Below, piece after piece: positions 23,484 to 32,812 of a DNA stretch of 57,429 nt. The position numbers were made by a program, and so were the translations under genes. The notes below the pieces were generated by a model that was not told the origin of the DNA, did no database searches, and worked only from the letters and a program-made list of their open reading frames with translations. Location of the stretch: positions 1-57,429 of the forward strand of contig CAZSSQ010000001.1 in NCBI GenBank assembly GCA_964609465.1, read 5' to 3'. The DNA is from an uncultured Dehalococcoidia bacterium (lineage in GTDB: Bacteria; Chloroflexota; Dehalococcoidia; DSTF01; JALHUB01). Within the stretch, counting starts at the first letter, position 1; every line of letters starts with the position of its first letter.

Positions 23484-25196
23484 TTACCGGGCGGCCGCCT
23501 GTCTGCGGGCGACACTCTCCGCCCACGGCCGCTCCACGCGAGGGCCGGCGGCCTGCACCAACGGCGAGATAGCGTTGGGATTGGTCATGACGTTCACACA
23601 GGCCGGTCGGCCGCTGGCAAAGGCGCGCTCGATGGCCGGTATGACCTCTGAGGAGTCCTCTACGAACTCGCCGTAGACTCCGAACCCCTCGGCTGCCTTC
23701 TCGTAGCGGGTGGGGCCCAGCTCGGTGCCCACGACGCGGTTCTCGCCGTGCCTCACCACCTGCTGGTGCTTGGACATGCCCCACGCCTGGTCGTTGTTGA
23801 TGACGACGACGATGGGCAGGTTGTGGCGCACCGCCGTGTCGAACTCGCTGAAGTTGAGGCCGACGGAGCCATCGCCGGTCAGCACCAGCACGCGCTCCTT
23901 GGGGAAAGCCAGCTTGGCCGCCAGGCCGAATGGGATGCCTGTCCCCAGGCAGCCCAGGTAGCCGTGGCCGAGGTGCCGCCCCGGCCTTCGCGCCGAGCGG
24001 GCCAGCTCCGCCCAGACAAACGTCTCGCCGCCGTCAACCGCCAGCACCCCGCTATCGGCCATGAGGGCGCTGACATCGTGGGCCAGCCGGTAGGGATGGA
24101 TGGGGCGCTGGTTCGGCTCCAAGGCGCCGGCAAACATGCCCTCTATGGCGGATCGGGCCTGGCGGAGGCTCTCCACCCACTCGTTGCGTGGGGGGAAAGT
24201 GTGCCCCCGGGCTGCCCGGATGAGGGCGCGCAGGGTCTCACGGCAGTCCGCCACGATCCCAACGTCAATGTCGCGCCCTCGCCCGATCTCTGCTCCCTCA
24301 ATGTCCACCTGGATGAGCTTCGCCTCGGCGGGGATGGTAGCGCCCCGGGGGCCCGTGAACATCCCGAGCCTTGCGCCCAGAATCAGCACAACGTCGGGTG
24401 GGCCGGCCAGGGCCTGTGCGGCCCCCGTTACCTGAAAGCTTCCCAAGCCGAGCGGGCTATCCTCTGGCATCGCGCCGCGCGTAATCCCGTTCGCGCAGAC
24501 CGGGATGCTGGTGAGCTCTGCGAACTCCCGCAGCTCGTCGGTCGCGCGGGCGGACCAGACGCCGCGGCCAGCCATGATGAGGGGGTGCTCGGCCGCCGAT
24601 AGCATCGCCAGGGTCTTTTCGACGGCTTCCGGTGGTGGGGTCGGCGCCGCTTCCGGCTGGCAGGCCTCCGGGAAACGTATCTCCTCTTCCTCCACCTGAG
24701 CTCGCAGCACGTCAGCGGGAATCTCCAGGAAGACCGGCCCCGGCCGTCCGGCCGTGGCGTGGCGAAAGGCCGTGCTCACATACTCTGGGATGCGCTGTGG
24801 GTCCTGCACCAGGCGCGACCACTTGGTGATGGACTGCATGAGGGGCACGCCGTGCAGCTCTTGGAGGGGCATCAGCTCCTCCTCGGAGAGGCCATGGCGC
24901 CCACCCAGCACTAGCATGGGCACCGCGTCCATGTGGGCGTTGGCTACGGCGGTGACGACGTCGGTGACGCCGGGGCCGGCCGTCACCACGGCCACGCCGG
25001 GCTGGCCGGTGAGCCGGGCCCAGGCATCGGCCATGTGCCCTGCGGCCTGCTCGTGGCGCGTGTCGATGATGCGGATGCCGTGGTCGTGGCAGGCCTGGAA
25101 GATGGGGTCGATGTGACCACCGTGGAGGGCGAAGATGTTCTGCACGTCATGCCGTTCCAGCATCCTGACGAGCATCTCGCCGCCGTCGATCTTCAC
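23484..25196 (-). CDS. Thiamine-pyrophosphate-dependent enzyme (acetolactate synthase large subunit-like family)
   Basis: The N-terminal Pyr domain reads HEQAAGHMADAWARLTGQPGVAVVTAGPGVTD. The C-terminal TPP motif reads GDGSVGLNFSEFDTAVRHNLPIVVVINNDQ. Confidence 0.85.
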   Translation of the reverse strand: MKIDGGEMLVRMLERHDVQNIFALHGGHIDPIFQACHDHGIRIIDTRHEQAAGHMADAWARLTGQPGVAVVTAGPGVTDVVTAVANAHMDAVPMLVLGGRHGLSEEELMPLQELHGVPLMQSITKWSRLVQDPQRIPEYVSTAFRHATAGRPGPVFLEIPADVLRAQVEEEEIRFPEACQPEAAPTPPPEAVEKTLAMLSAAEHPLIMAGRGVWSARATDELREFAELTSIPVCANGITRGAMPEDSPLGLGSFQVTGAAQALAGPPDVVLILGARLGMFTGPRGATIPAEAKLIQVDIEGAEIGRGRDIDVGIVADCRETLRALIRAARGHTFPPRNEWVESLRQARSAIEGMFAGALEPNQRPIHPYRLAHDVSALMADSGVLAVDGGETFVWAELARSARRPGRHLGHGYLGCLGTGIPFGLAAKLAFPKERVLVLTGDGSVGLNFSEFDTAVRHNLPIVVVINNDQAWGMSKHQQVVRHGENRVVGTELGPTRYEKAAEGFGVYGEFVEDSSEVIPAIERAFASGRPACVNVMTNPNAISPLVQAAGPRVERPWAESVARRQAAAR

Positions 25197-25245
25197 CGCG
25201 AACTCCTTCTCTAGATGGTGGCGAACTCTGTCCTCGCCCTGCCGC

Positions 25246-26280
25246 TCAGAGGTCCGGGCAGATCAGCACCTTATTGTGCAGGCTCCGGTCAGCGGACATC
25301 GCGGCGAAGGTAGCAGGCACCTCATCGAGGCCGATCCGCGCTGAGATGAGCGGCCCGATGTCCACCTCCCCCGATGCGATGAGGCCCGCCGCCTCCTCGA
25401 TTCCACCGGCTCCGCTGCCGTACGAGCCAATGACATGCTTCTCCGTGACCATCAACGCCAGCAGGTTGATTGAGTACGGCTCCCCGAACAGGCTCAGGAC
25501 CACCACGCGTCCACCGTAGCGGACGCTCGTCAGGCAGTCGTCCATGGCAGGGGCCACCCCCGCACACTCCAGCGCGACATCCACGCCCGCGGCGCCCGCA
25601 ATCTCCCTGACCTGGTCAGGGATGGGCCCTTCGGCAGGGTCGAGGACCCTCGCGCCCAGCACCCGTGCCAGCTCTCTGCGGCGATGGGCCGGCTCGGAGA
25701 CGATGACCATGCCTGCTTGTGCTTGCCCCGCAGCTATGACGCTCAGTGCGCCGATGGGGCCAGCCCCCGTGATGAGCACGCTCTCGCCTGGCCGTACCCC
25801 TCCCTGGCTGATGCCATGCCGGGCCACCGAGAAGGGCTCGGACATGGCGGTCTGGTCCGGAAGGCCATCCAGACCGATCTTAATGGCTCTGTTCGCTCGC
25901 GTGCACACGTACTCGGCGTAGGCGCCCGGGCGGTGGTAGCCAACACCCATGGTCATGGTGCAGCGCTCTTCCTGACCGGCCTGGCAGAGGTCGCACCGGC
26001 CGCAGGGCTGACCACCGGGATTAACGACTACCAACTCCCCGACCTCGAAGCCGCTCACCCCTCGACCCAGCGCCACGACTTCCCCGGTGCACTCATGGCC
26101 CATAATGGGGCTGAGGTCTCCGCCGAGGCGGCCGCCCGCCCCATGCTCGTACTCGTGGAGGTCGCTCCCGCAGATGCCGCAGTAGCGTACACGCAGCTTC
26201 AAGTCGCCGGGCAGAGGCTCGGGCTCCGGCGCGTCGATGAGCTCCAGCCGGCGCACTCCGGTCATGGCCACGGCTCTCAT
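25246..26280 (-). CDS. Zinc-dependent medium-chain dehydrogenase/reductase (sorbitol/threonine/butanediol DH-like)
   Basis: It carries YCGICGSDLHEY and GHECTGEV zinc-binding motifs, the structural zinc Cys cluster CGRCDLCQ, and the Rossmann motif ITGAGPIG. Confidence 0.85.
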   Translation of the reverse strand: MRAVAMTGVRRLELIDAPEPEPLPGDLKLRVRYCGICGSDLHEYEHGAGGRLGGDLSPIMGHECTGEVVALGRGVSGFEVGELVVVNPGGQPCGRCDLCQAGQEERCTMTMGVGYHRPGAYAEYVCTRANRAIKIGLDGLPDQTAMSEPFSVARHGISQGGVRPGESVLITGAGPIGALSVIAAGQAQAGMVIVSEPAHRRRELARVLGARVLDPAEGPIPDQVREIAGAAGVDVALECAGVAPAMDDCLTSVRYGGRVVVLSLFGEPYSINLLALMVTEKHVIGSYGSGAGGIEEAAGLIASGEVDIGPLISARIGLDEVPATFAAMSADRSLHNKVLICPDL

Positions 26281-26383
26281 GGCATACCTTCCCCCGGCGC
26301 GCGTCTGTTGCTTCCGCCGCCCGGCTAGACGGTGGGGCCTCTGGATGGCGTCCGTCGCCCTCTGCGTCCCCGCCGCTACCTGT

Positions 26384-27631
26384 CTACCCCCCGAACTTGT
26401 CCTTCACCACCTTGAAGGCGCCCTCCGTGGCCACCAGCGCCTCGTCGATGTCGGCCTCGCCGTGGGCGGCGCAGAGGAACCAGTTGTGGAATGGGGCGAG
26501 GAAGACGCCCCGGCGGGCGCACTCGCCGGCCCACACGCGGCTGCGCTGGAAGCCGTCGTCGTAGTCGAAGGTGAGGAAGGGGATTGCTGGCGGCCCCGAC
26601 TGGGTGATGCGGAGCCCCAGCGACCGCGCTTGCTGGTAGAGGCCCTCCCGGAAGCGCTTCCCTGCCACATCCATCTGCTCGATGCCGCCCTCATCGCGCA
26701 GGGCATTGATGGTGGCGACGGCGGCGGCCATGGAGACGGCGGCGGTGAAGAAGGACCCGGTGAAGTAGACCTGTTGGGCCGACTCGCGCAGCTCCTCGCG
26801 GCCGAGCACGGCAGAGATTGCGTAGCCGTTGGCCATGGCCTTCGAGTAGCAGGTCAGGTCCGGCTGGAGGCCCACGACCTCGCCGGAGCCGCCCAGGTGG
26901 AGGCGGAAACCACCCCTGACGTCGTCCAGGACGAGCACGATGCCCTCCCGGTCGCAGAGGGAACGCACCCCGTCGTGGAAGCCCGGCGCTGGCATCTCCT
27001 CGTTGTGGAAGACGTCATGCCGGAAGGGGCAGAGGATGATGGCGGCGACCTCCCCCCGGTGCTCGTTCGCTACCCGCCGCAGGTCCTCAGAATTGTTGTA
27101 CTCGAAGGTAAGGGTGTCCATGCGCTCGCCGTCGGTGGTGCCAGCGGGGTTGGGCGTGCACCAGGGGTGGCTGCCGTGATAAGCGCCCTCGGCCATGATC
27201 ACCTTGTTGCGGCCGGTGTGGGCGCGGGCGACGGCGATGGACCAACTGGTGGCGTCAGAGCCGTTCTTGCCGAAGACGGCCCATCCAGCCCACGGCGTGA
27301 TGGAGATCAGGAGCTCCGCCAGATCCACCCAGCGCTCGCTGGGCATGTTCGGACAGTCGAGCTGTTCAAGCTGGGCGCGCACCGCCTTCTCGACTCGGGG
27401 GTGCTGGTGCCCGAGGACGATGGGCCCGTACGAGCACATGAAGTCGATGTACTCGTTACCGTCGACATCCCAGATCCGGCAGCCCTTGCCCCGAGCCAGG
27501 AAGTTCGGGTAGGACCCGGGGCTGAGCAATTGGGGGCTCTGGTGACCGTAGATGCCACCGGGGACGACGCGGTTGGCGCGTTCCAGCAGCGCTTCACTGC
27601 GGTCGAACGTGTAGAGCTTCTCAGGTGACAT
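26384..27631 (-). CDS. Class III aminotransferase (glutamate-1-semialdehyde aminomutase-like)
   Basis: 415 aa. It shows YIDFMCSYGPIVLGHQHP, GSDATSWSIAVARAHTGR, VLDDVRGGFR and the candidate PLP-Lys context CYSKAMANG. Confidence 0.85.
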   Translation of the reverse strand: MSPEKLYTFDRSEALLERANRVVPGGIYGHQSPQLLSPGSYPNFLARGKGCRIWDVDGNEYIDFMCSYGPIVLGHQHPRVEKAVRAQLEQLDCPNMPSERWVDLAELLISITPWAGWAVFGKNGSDATSWSIAVARAHTGRNKVIMAEGAYHGSHPWCTPNPAGTTDGERMDTLTFEYNNSEDLRRVANEHRGEVAAIILCPFRHDVFHNEEMPAPGFHDGVRSLCDREGIVLVLDDVRGGFRLHLGGSGEVVGLQPDLTCYSKAMANGYAISAVLGREELRESAQQVYFTGSFFTAAVSMAAAVATINALRDEGGIEQMDVAGKRFREGLYQQARSLGLRITQSGPPAIPFLTFDYDDGFQRSRVWAGECARRGVFLAPFHNWFLCAAHGEADIDEALVATEGAFKVVKDKFGG

Positions 27632-27773
27632 AGAGCACCTTCCTCAGTGGATACTCGGCGGGTATTCTTTCCCCGTCCCGGCTTCATACTGCTGTCCAGC
27701 CGGGGCCAATCGACCATCCAGGGGCGGGCGTAGCATCCCAGCGGTTCTGGGCGGGGCTGCCCCTCTGTCTGGG

Positions 27774-28952
27774 CTAGCTAGGACGCCCAAAGACGGCCAC
27801 CGAAGCCGTGAAGGAGCCCGGGCGGCCACCCAGGTTATGCGTGATGCCGATGTCCGCCTTCTTGAGCTGGCGCGGCCCCGCCCGGCCCAGAAGCTGGTTG
27901 TACACCTCGTAGATCATGCGCAGGCCGCTGGCCCCGATGGGATGGCCGAAGCACTTGAGGCCGCCATCGGGGTTCACGGGCAGGTCGCCCTCGCCCAGGG
28001 TGAAAGACCCGGCCTCCACGTCCTCGCGTGCCTTGCCGCGGGGGCTGAAGCCCAAGTCCTCATAGATGATGAGCTCGGTGATGGTAAAGCAGTCGTGCAC
28101 CTCGGCTAAGTCTATCTCCTGCCGGGGGTTGCGGATGCCGGACTCCTCATAGGCGCGCTGGGCGGCGGCCAGGTTCTCCGGGAAGTGGACGAAGTCGTAG
28201 TCGTCCAGCAGCAGGCCCTGCATTCCGCCCACGGCGACTCCCAGACCCTTCACCAGGATGTAGTCCCGACCCATGCTCCGGGCGATGTCCGGCCGGGTGA
28301 TAATGGCGGCAGCGGCGCCGTCGCTGACCCCGCAGCAGTCGAAGAGGCCGAGGGGCCAGGCGATCATGGGCGCCTTGAGAGCCTGCTCCACCGTGATCTC
28401 CCGTCGCAGGTGGGCCTTGGGGTGCAGGCAGCCGTTGTGGTGGTTCTTGACGGCGATCTGCGCCAGGATGCGCTTCCCCTCCTCGTAGGGGATGCCGTAA
28501 TGGTGGAAGTAGCGGGTGGCGGCGAAGGCGAACTGGGCCGGCGGCGGTACTGCCGGGTCCACCTCCGTTGAGGGCGGCCGAGCCATGGCCAGGCCCGTGA
28601 AGCCGGAGTCCTTGAGCTTCTCCACCCCGGCGGCCAGCGCAACATCGTAGATGCCAGCGGCCACGGCGTAGCAGGCGTTGCGGAAGGCGTCGGTGGCGGT
28701 GGCGCAGGCGTTCTCGACTCGGGTGATGGGTATGTAGTTGAGCTTGAGGGCTTGGGCCAGGGGCTGGCCGGTGCTGAAGCTACCGACGGTGCCCAGCCAG
28801 GCAGCCTGGATGTCGCTGGGGCCAACGCCGGCGTCCTCGTAGGCCTCGTAGCAGGCCTCTACCAGGAGGTCCAGGCCATCTACGTCCCAGCGCTCCCCGA
28901 ACTTGGTGCACCCCATGCCGACGATGGCGACCCTATCCTTAATCCCCTCCAT
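27774..28952 (-). CDS. Thiolase-family protein (SCP-x/archaeal-type acetyl-CoA C-acetyltransferase-like)
   Basis: The preferred start is the ATG at 28952 (MEGIKDRVAIVGMGCTKFGE), with GAGGGAAGG upstream. The longer track ORF (to 29099) overlaps the upstream gene. The active-site context is VENACATATDAF and the C-terminal motifs are GHPIGASG and HNLGG. Confidence 0.85.
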   Translation of the reverse strand: MEGIKDRVAIVGMGCTKFGERWDVDGLDLLVEACYEAYEDAGVGPSDIQAAWLGTVGSFSTGQPLAQALKLNYIPITRVENACATATDAFRNACYAVAAGIYDVALAAGVEKLKDSGFTGLAMARPPSTEVDPAVPPPAQFAFAATRYFHHYGIPYEEGKRILAQIAVKNHHNGCLHPKAHLRREITVEQALKAPMIAWPLGLFDCCGVSDGAAAAIITRPDIARSMGRDYILVKGLGVAVGGMQGLLLDDYDFVHFPENLAAAQRAYEESGIRNPRQEIDLAEVHDCFTITELIIYEDLGFSPRGKAREDVEAGSFTLGEGDLPVNPDGGLKCFGHPIGASGLRMIYEVYNQLLGRAGPRQLKKADIGITHNLGGRPGSFTASVAVFGRPS

Positions 28953-28969
28953 GATCTCGCACCTTCCCT

Positions 28970-30376
28970 CTAGGCCCTCACTGGCATGGACTTCCAGTAG
29001 TAGTTGTGGATGCCTCCCACCGTGTGCAACTTGCGGAAGGTCATCTCCACGGGCATGCCGATCTTGATGTCGTCGATCTCGCGGTCCGTCATCATGCACA
29101 TCATGCGCCCGCCGCCGTCGAAATTGATGATCGTGATGACGAGGGGCACGTCCACGGTGCCGGCCACGTAGTCCATGGAGTAGGTGAACACCTCCGCCAG
29201 CCGGTCTGACAGCCGTACGGCCTCGAAAGAGTCCTTGCTCTGGCAGCGGACGCAGACGCGCTGCGGCGGGTACTGGATGTAGCCGCAGCTCAGGCAGCGG
29301 CTGCCGTGGAGCCGCAGGGTCCGGTCCGCCTCTCGCCAGAGGGCGGTGACGGAGGGCGTCGCGGGCGGGGGACGGCGGGCGGCCGCAGTGGGCAGCAGCG
29401 ACCGCCAGCGGCTGTACTCATCGTAGCTCTTGAGGAGGGTCTTGGACTCCAGGTGGCTGCGGACGCCGCGGCGGTTGTCCCCTGCGGCGGCGACGCCGTC
29501 GCAGGTTCGAAGCGAGAGGACGTCGCAGCCGTCGCCATAGCTGGCTACCAGGATGCGCTCTTTGGGGCCGGCTTCCTCCAGCGCCGACGCCAGCAGCAGA
29601 AGCGGGAAGGCGGCGCCGACATTGCCGACCCGCCCATACAGGGGGTCCTGCACCTGCCCTTCCTGGAACCCCATCTTGGCGCCGAGCTGGGCATGGCGAC
29701 GGGCGTCCGTCGAATGATAGACGGCCTTGTTGATGTCCTGGGGTGTCAGTTTTTGCTGCGACAGGAAGGCGCTCACCGCCTCGGGAATGACCCGCTGATA
29801 GCCACCCTCGATGACGAAGCGGTCTTCCCAGGAGCGCACGAACTGATCGTCCTGGGAGCGCCACACGTCGAGCATGCTGTCGGTGAGGGAGTAGCTGCCC
29901 TCGATCTCGGCTATGACGCTGTCGGCCGACAGAAGGAGGGCAGCGGCGCCATCGCCCATCGAGGGCTCAAGCGGGTCCCCTGGGGCCGCCATCCGGCAGT
30001 CGGCCGCCGTCACCAGCACCTGCTGGGCTCTGCCCGCCTCGATGGCATCGATGGCCATGCGGACGGCGGTGGTGCCGGCGCGCAGGACGCTGGTGATGTC
30101 GGCGCTGTAGATGTCGCGGCGCAGGTCCAGGGCGGCGGCTATGGTGGCTGCGCCCTGCTTCTCCTGGTAGGGCGGCGTGGTGGTGGCGAACAGCACGCCG
30201 TCGACCTGGGAGCGGTCGTGGCCGCGCAGGCAATCGGTGCCCGCCGCCACGGCCATGGTGATGCTGTCCTCGTCGAAGTTGGCCACTGCCTTCTCGGCGG
30301 GGTAGCTCCAGCCGGCGCTCCCCTTGCCCAGGCGGTACTTGGGGATATACGCCCCGAATGAACGGATACCAACCAT
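28970..30376 (-). CDS. HMG-CoA synthase/KAS-III-like domain fused to a C-terminal DUF35 (zinc-ribbon + OB-fold) domain
   Basis: The N-terminal ~340 aa looks like a thiolase-fold condensing enzyme (VGIRSFGAYIPKYR..., GDGAAALLL). The C-terminus has the CLSCGYIQYPPQRVCVRCQS rubredoxin-like ribbon plus an OB-fold (AEVFTYSMDY...VITIINFDGGGRMMCMMTD). Confidence 0.75.
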   Translation of the reverse strand: MVGIRSFGAYIPKYRLGKGSAGWSYPAEKAVANFDEDSITMAVAAGTDCLRGHDRSQVDGVLFATTTPPYQEKQGAATIAAALDLRRDIYSADITSVLRAGTTAVRMAIDAIEAGRAQQVLVTAADCRMAAPGDPLEPSMGDGAAALLLSADSVIAEIEGSYSLTDSMLDVWRSQDDQFVRSWEDRFVIEGGYQRVIPEAVSAFLSQQKLTPQDINKAVYHSTDARRHAQLGAKMGFQEGQVQDPLYGRVGNVGAAFPLLLLASALEEAGPKERILVASYGDGCDVLSLRTCDGVAAAGDNRRGVRSHLESKTLLKSYDEYSRWRSLLPTAAARRPPPATPSVTALWREADRTLRLHGSRCLSCGYIQYPPQRVCVRCQSKDSFEAVRLSDRLAEVFTYSMDYVAGTVDVPLVITIINFDGGGRMMCMMTDREIDDIKIGMPVEMTFRKLHTVGGIHNYYWKSMPVRA

Positions 30377-30417
30377 AGCTCTTCTACCTCTGATTCCGCC
30401 GCTGGTTCGCTACAACC

Positions 30418-31224
30418 CTATTCTGGGGCTCGCCTTCTGTCAATGGGGCTGGCCTCCGCGGGCGGGCGCGACGTGTTGGCCCCTGGTCGGCGGGGCCCCC
30501 AGACGGCCACGATCATGTCGCCCGCGGCCGGGCAGCGGCGGGCGACGCCGTCCAGCATGGTCATGGCGGCCCAGCCCAGGCGTGGGGGCAGCCGGTTGAC
30601 TATCAGGCGCCAGGGGTGGAAGTGATGGAGAAGGGAGACGCCGTAGCAACGCTCGAGGGCGAAGGGGCGGCCGCCCAGCGACTGCACGTAGGCCAGGTCT
30701 CCTCGCACGGTGTGCGTGGGCGGCGGCTCCCAGTAGGGGCGGCCGGCGGGCCCTGGGGCACCCAGAGCTCGTTCGATGGCGTGGATGCCGCGCCCCAGGC
30801 GTCGGGAGAGGGCATCGAAGTTCGCCAGGGCGATGACCAGGCGGCCGTCGGGCCGGAGGATGCGGGCCGCCTCCTCCATGAAGGCGGCCTGGTCGGCGAA
30901 GTGGTCCAGGGAGCCCTTACAGAGCACGCGGTCGAACGAGCCATCGCGGAAGGGGAGGGCCTCGGCGATGCCGCGCACCATGACCGCCTGCTGGTCGAAG
31001 CCCTGCCATCGGCCCAGGCCCAGCATGTGGCCGGAGGCCTCCAGGCCCCAGGCCTCCCAGCCGGCCTCTCCCAGGCGAGCGGCCAGCGCGCCGCTCCCGC
31101 AGGCCACGTCCAGCACCCGGCCTGCGGGCCGCCTCGCGACCTCATCCAAGACGGCCTGGTCCGTACGCTGGTGGTAGAAGAGGCTGTCGCGTCCGGTGTC
31201 GGCGCCCGGCTCGAAGTCCTCCAT
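30418..31224 (-). CDS. Class I SAM-dependent methyltransferase
   Basis: Motif I is RVLDVACGSGALAARLG and a post-I region is also present. The track ORF runs to 31470 and would overlap the divergent aldolase start, so I prefer the ATG at 31224 (MEDFEPG...). The start is uncertain. Confidence 0.65.
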   Translation of the reverse strand: MEDFEPGADTGRDSLFYHQRTDQAVLDEVARRPAGRVLDVACGSGALAARLGEAGWEAWGLEASGHMLGLGRWQGFDQQAVMVRGIAEALPFRDGSFDRVLCKGSLDHFADQAAFMEEAARILRPDGRLVIALANFDALSRRLGRGIHAIERALGAPGPAGRPYWEPPPTHTVRGDLAYVQSLGGRPFALERCYGVSLLHHFHPWRLIVNRLPPRLGWAAMTMLDGVARRCPAAGDMIVAVWGPRRPGANTSRPPAEASPIDRRRAPE

Positions 31225-31456
31225 GCGGTAGTCAAGGTCAACGTCCGGGGGTACTGGGGCCCCGCTCGGTGATGGTGGCGACAAGCGGTCCTCCGGCGTG
31301 CTCGCACGGCAGCAGGTACTGGAGGATTGTACGACATAAGAGTGAGAGGGCTCCAATCGAAGTCGCAGCGCAGCCCGCCCGGCGCCCTGAACGACAGAGC
31401 CATCCGCTGGACGCGAGACAGCCATCGATCTAGCATGCGGGCAGAGGAGGAACACG

Positions 31457-32260
31457 ATGCGCGAGAACACCGTCAGACGGCTCTGGTCTCAAGGCAAGCC
31501 CACCGTGGGCGCCTGGTTGAGCATACCGGACAGCTTCTCGGCCGAGGTGATGGCCCACATCGGCTTCGACTGGCTCTGCATCGACATGCAGCACGGCGTC
31601 ATCGACTACAGCCAGGCCGTCCCCATGCTCCAGGCCATCTCCACCACGGACGTTATCCCGCTGGCGCGGGTGCCATGGAATGAACCCTCGATCATCATGA
31701 AGATGCTGGACGCCGGCGCCTGGGGGGTAGTGGTGCCGCTCATCAATACGCGTGCCGAGGCCGAGGCTGCCGTCGCCGCCTGCCGCTATCCGCCTCTGGG
31801 CATCCGCAGCTTTGGGCCTACCCGCGTCTCCGTGTATGCCGGAGTGGACTACGCTAGCCGGGCCAACGACGAGGTGCTCTGCATCGTCATGATCGAGACG
31901 AGGAAGGCGCTGGAGAACCTGGACGACATCATGAGCGTGCCCGGCGTCGATGCCTGCTACATCGGCCCCGCCGACCTGAGCCTGGCCCTGGGCCTCCCGC
32001 CGCGGACCGACAGCGACGAGCCGGCGCACGTGGCAGCCGTGGCTCGCATCCTGGATTCGGCCCGGCGCCACGGGGTGGTGGGCGGCATCCACACCGGGAG
32101 CCCCGCTTTCGCCGCCCGCTGCATCGAGCAGGGCTTCCAGATGGTGACGCTGACCTCGGACGCGGCCTGCATGGGCAGGGGCGCCTGGCGGGAGCTTCAG
32201 GATTTGCGTGAGCTGACGAAGACGCAAGCAGGCGCCCCGCCTGCCATCGAGGAAGTCTGA
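31457..32260 (+). CDS. HpcH/HpaI-family aldolase (2-keto-3-deoxy-acid aldolase)
   Basis: GAWLSIPDSFSAEVMAHIGFDWLCIDMQHG, VMIETRKALENLDDI and DACYIGPADLSL are typical HpcH/HpaI motifs. Confidence 0.85.
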   Translation: MRENTVRRLWSQGKPTVGAWLSIPDSFSAEVMAHIGFDWLCIDMQHGVIDYSQAVPMLQAISTTDVIPLARVPWNEPSIIMKMLDAGAWGVVVPLINTRAEAEAAVAACRYPPLGIRSFGPTRVSVYAGVDYASRANDEVLCIVMIETRKALENLDDIMSVPGVDACYIGPADLSLALGLPPRTDSDEPAHVAAVARILDSARRHGVVGGIHTGSPAFAARCIEQGFQMVTLTSDAACMGRGAWRELQDLRELTKTQAGAPPAIEEV

Positions 32261-32371
32261 GGCGGCTCAGGTTGAGGGAACGCAGGGGTTTGGCAGCAGC
32301 CACGGCCTCGGCGTCTTCTTGTTCCGAGGTTTCTGGCCTGTGCCAGCAAGGGACGTAGGAGGGCGAGGAGC

Positions 32372-32812
32372 ATGCTGTGTCCGCGATGCAACGTCGAGCT
32401 ACAGATCGAACAGCACCATGGTATCGAGGTGGACCACTGTCCGTCCTGTAACGGCCGCTGGCTGGACCACCACGAGCTGGATCAGCTAGAGGCCACCGTC
32501 GCCTCCGAGGAGGAGCGAAGGGCCACCATTGTCTACTCCCCCCGGCCCAGCGAACTGGCCTGCCCCAAGTGCGGCAAGCAGATGACGGCCTTCAACTACC
32601 GCGCCTACAACCTGGAGATCGACACCTGCGAGGACGAGCACGGTTTCTGGCTCGATGCCGGCGAGGAGGGGCGCGTCCGCGACGTCGTCGAGGAGCGCGT
32701 CCGCGGTCTGGCCCGCGCCGCCCCTGCCGAAAGGGCCTGGGATCAGTTTCTCGCCGGCATGGGGCGGAAGTCGGTCTGGGACCAGATCAAGGGTATCTTC
32801 CGCGGTCGGTGA
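32372..32812 (+). CDS. Zinc-ribbon (TFIIB-type zf) domain protein, two tandem repeats
   Basis: The first repeat is MLCPRCNVEL...DHCPSCNGRWLDHHELDQL. The second, partly degenerate repeat is CPKCGKQM...DTCEDEHGFWLDAGE. Confidence 0.6.
   Translation: MLCPRCNVELQIEQHHGIEVDHCPSCNGRWLDHHELDQLEATVASEEERRATIVYSPRPSELACPKCGKQMTAFNYRAYNLEIDTCEDEHGFWLDAGEEGRVRDVVEERVRGLARAAPAERAWDQFLAGMGRKSVWDQIKGIFRGR

Noticed and set aside
26237-27628. 463-aa plus-strand ORF
   Set aside because: It is the mirror of the class III aminotransferase gene on the minus strand and has a high-GC artefact composition.
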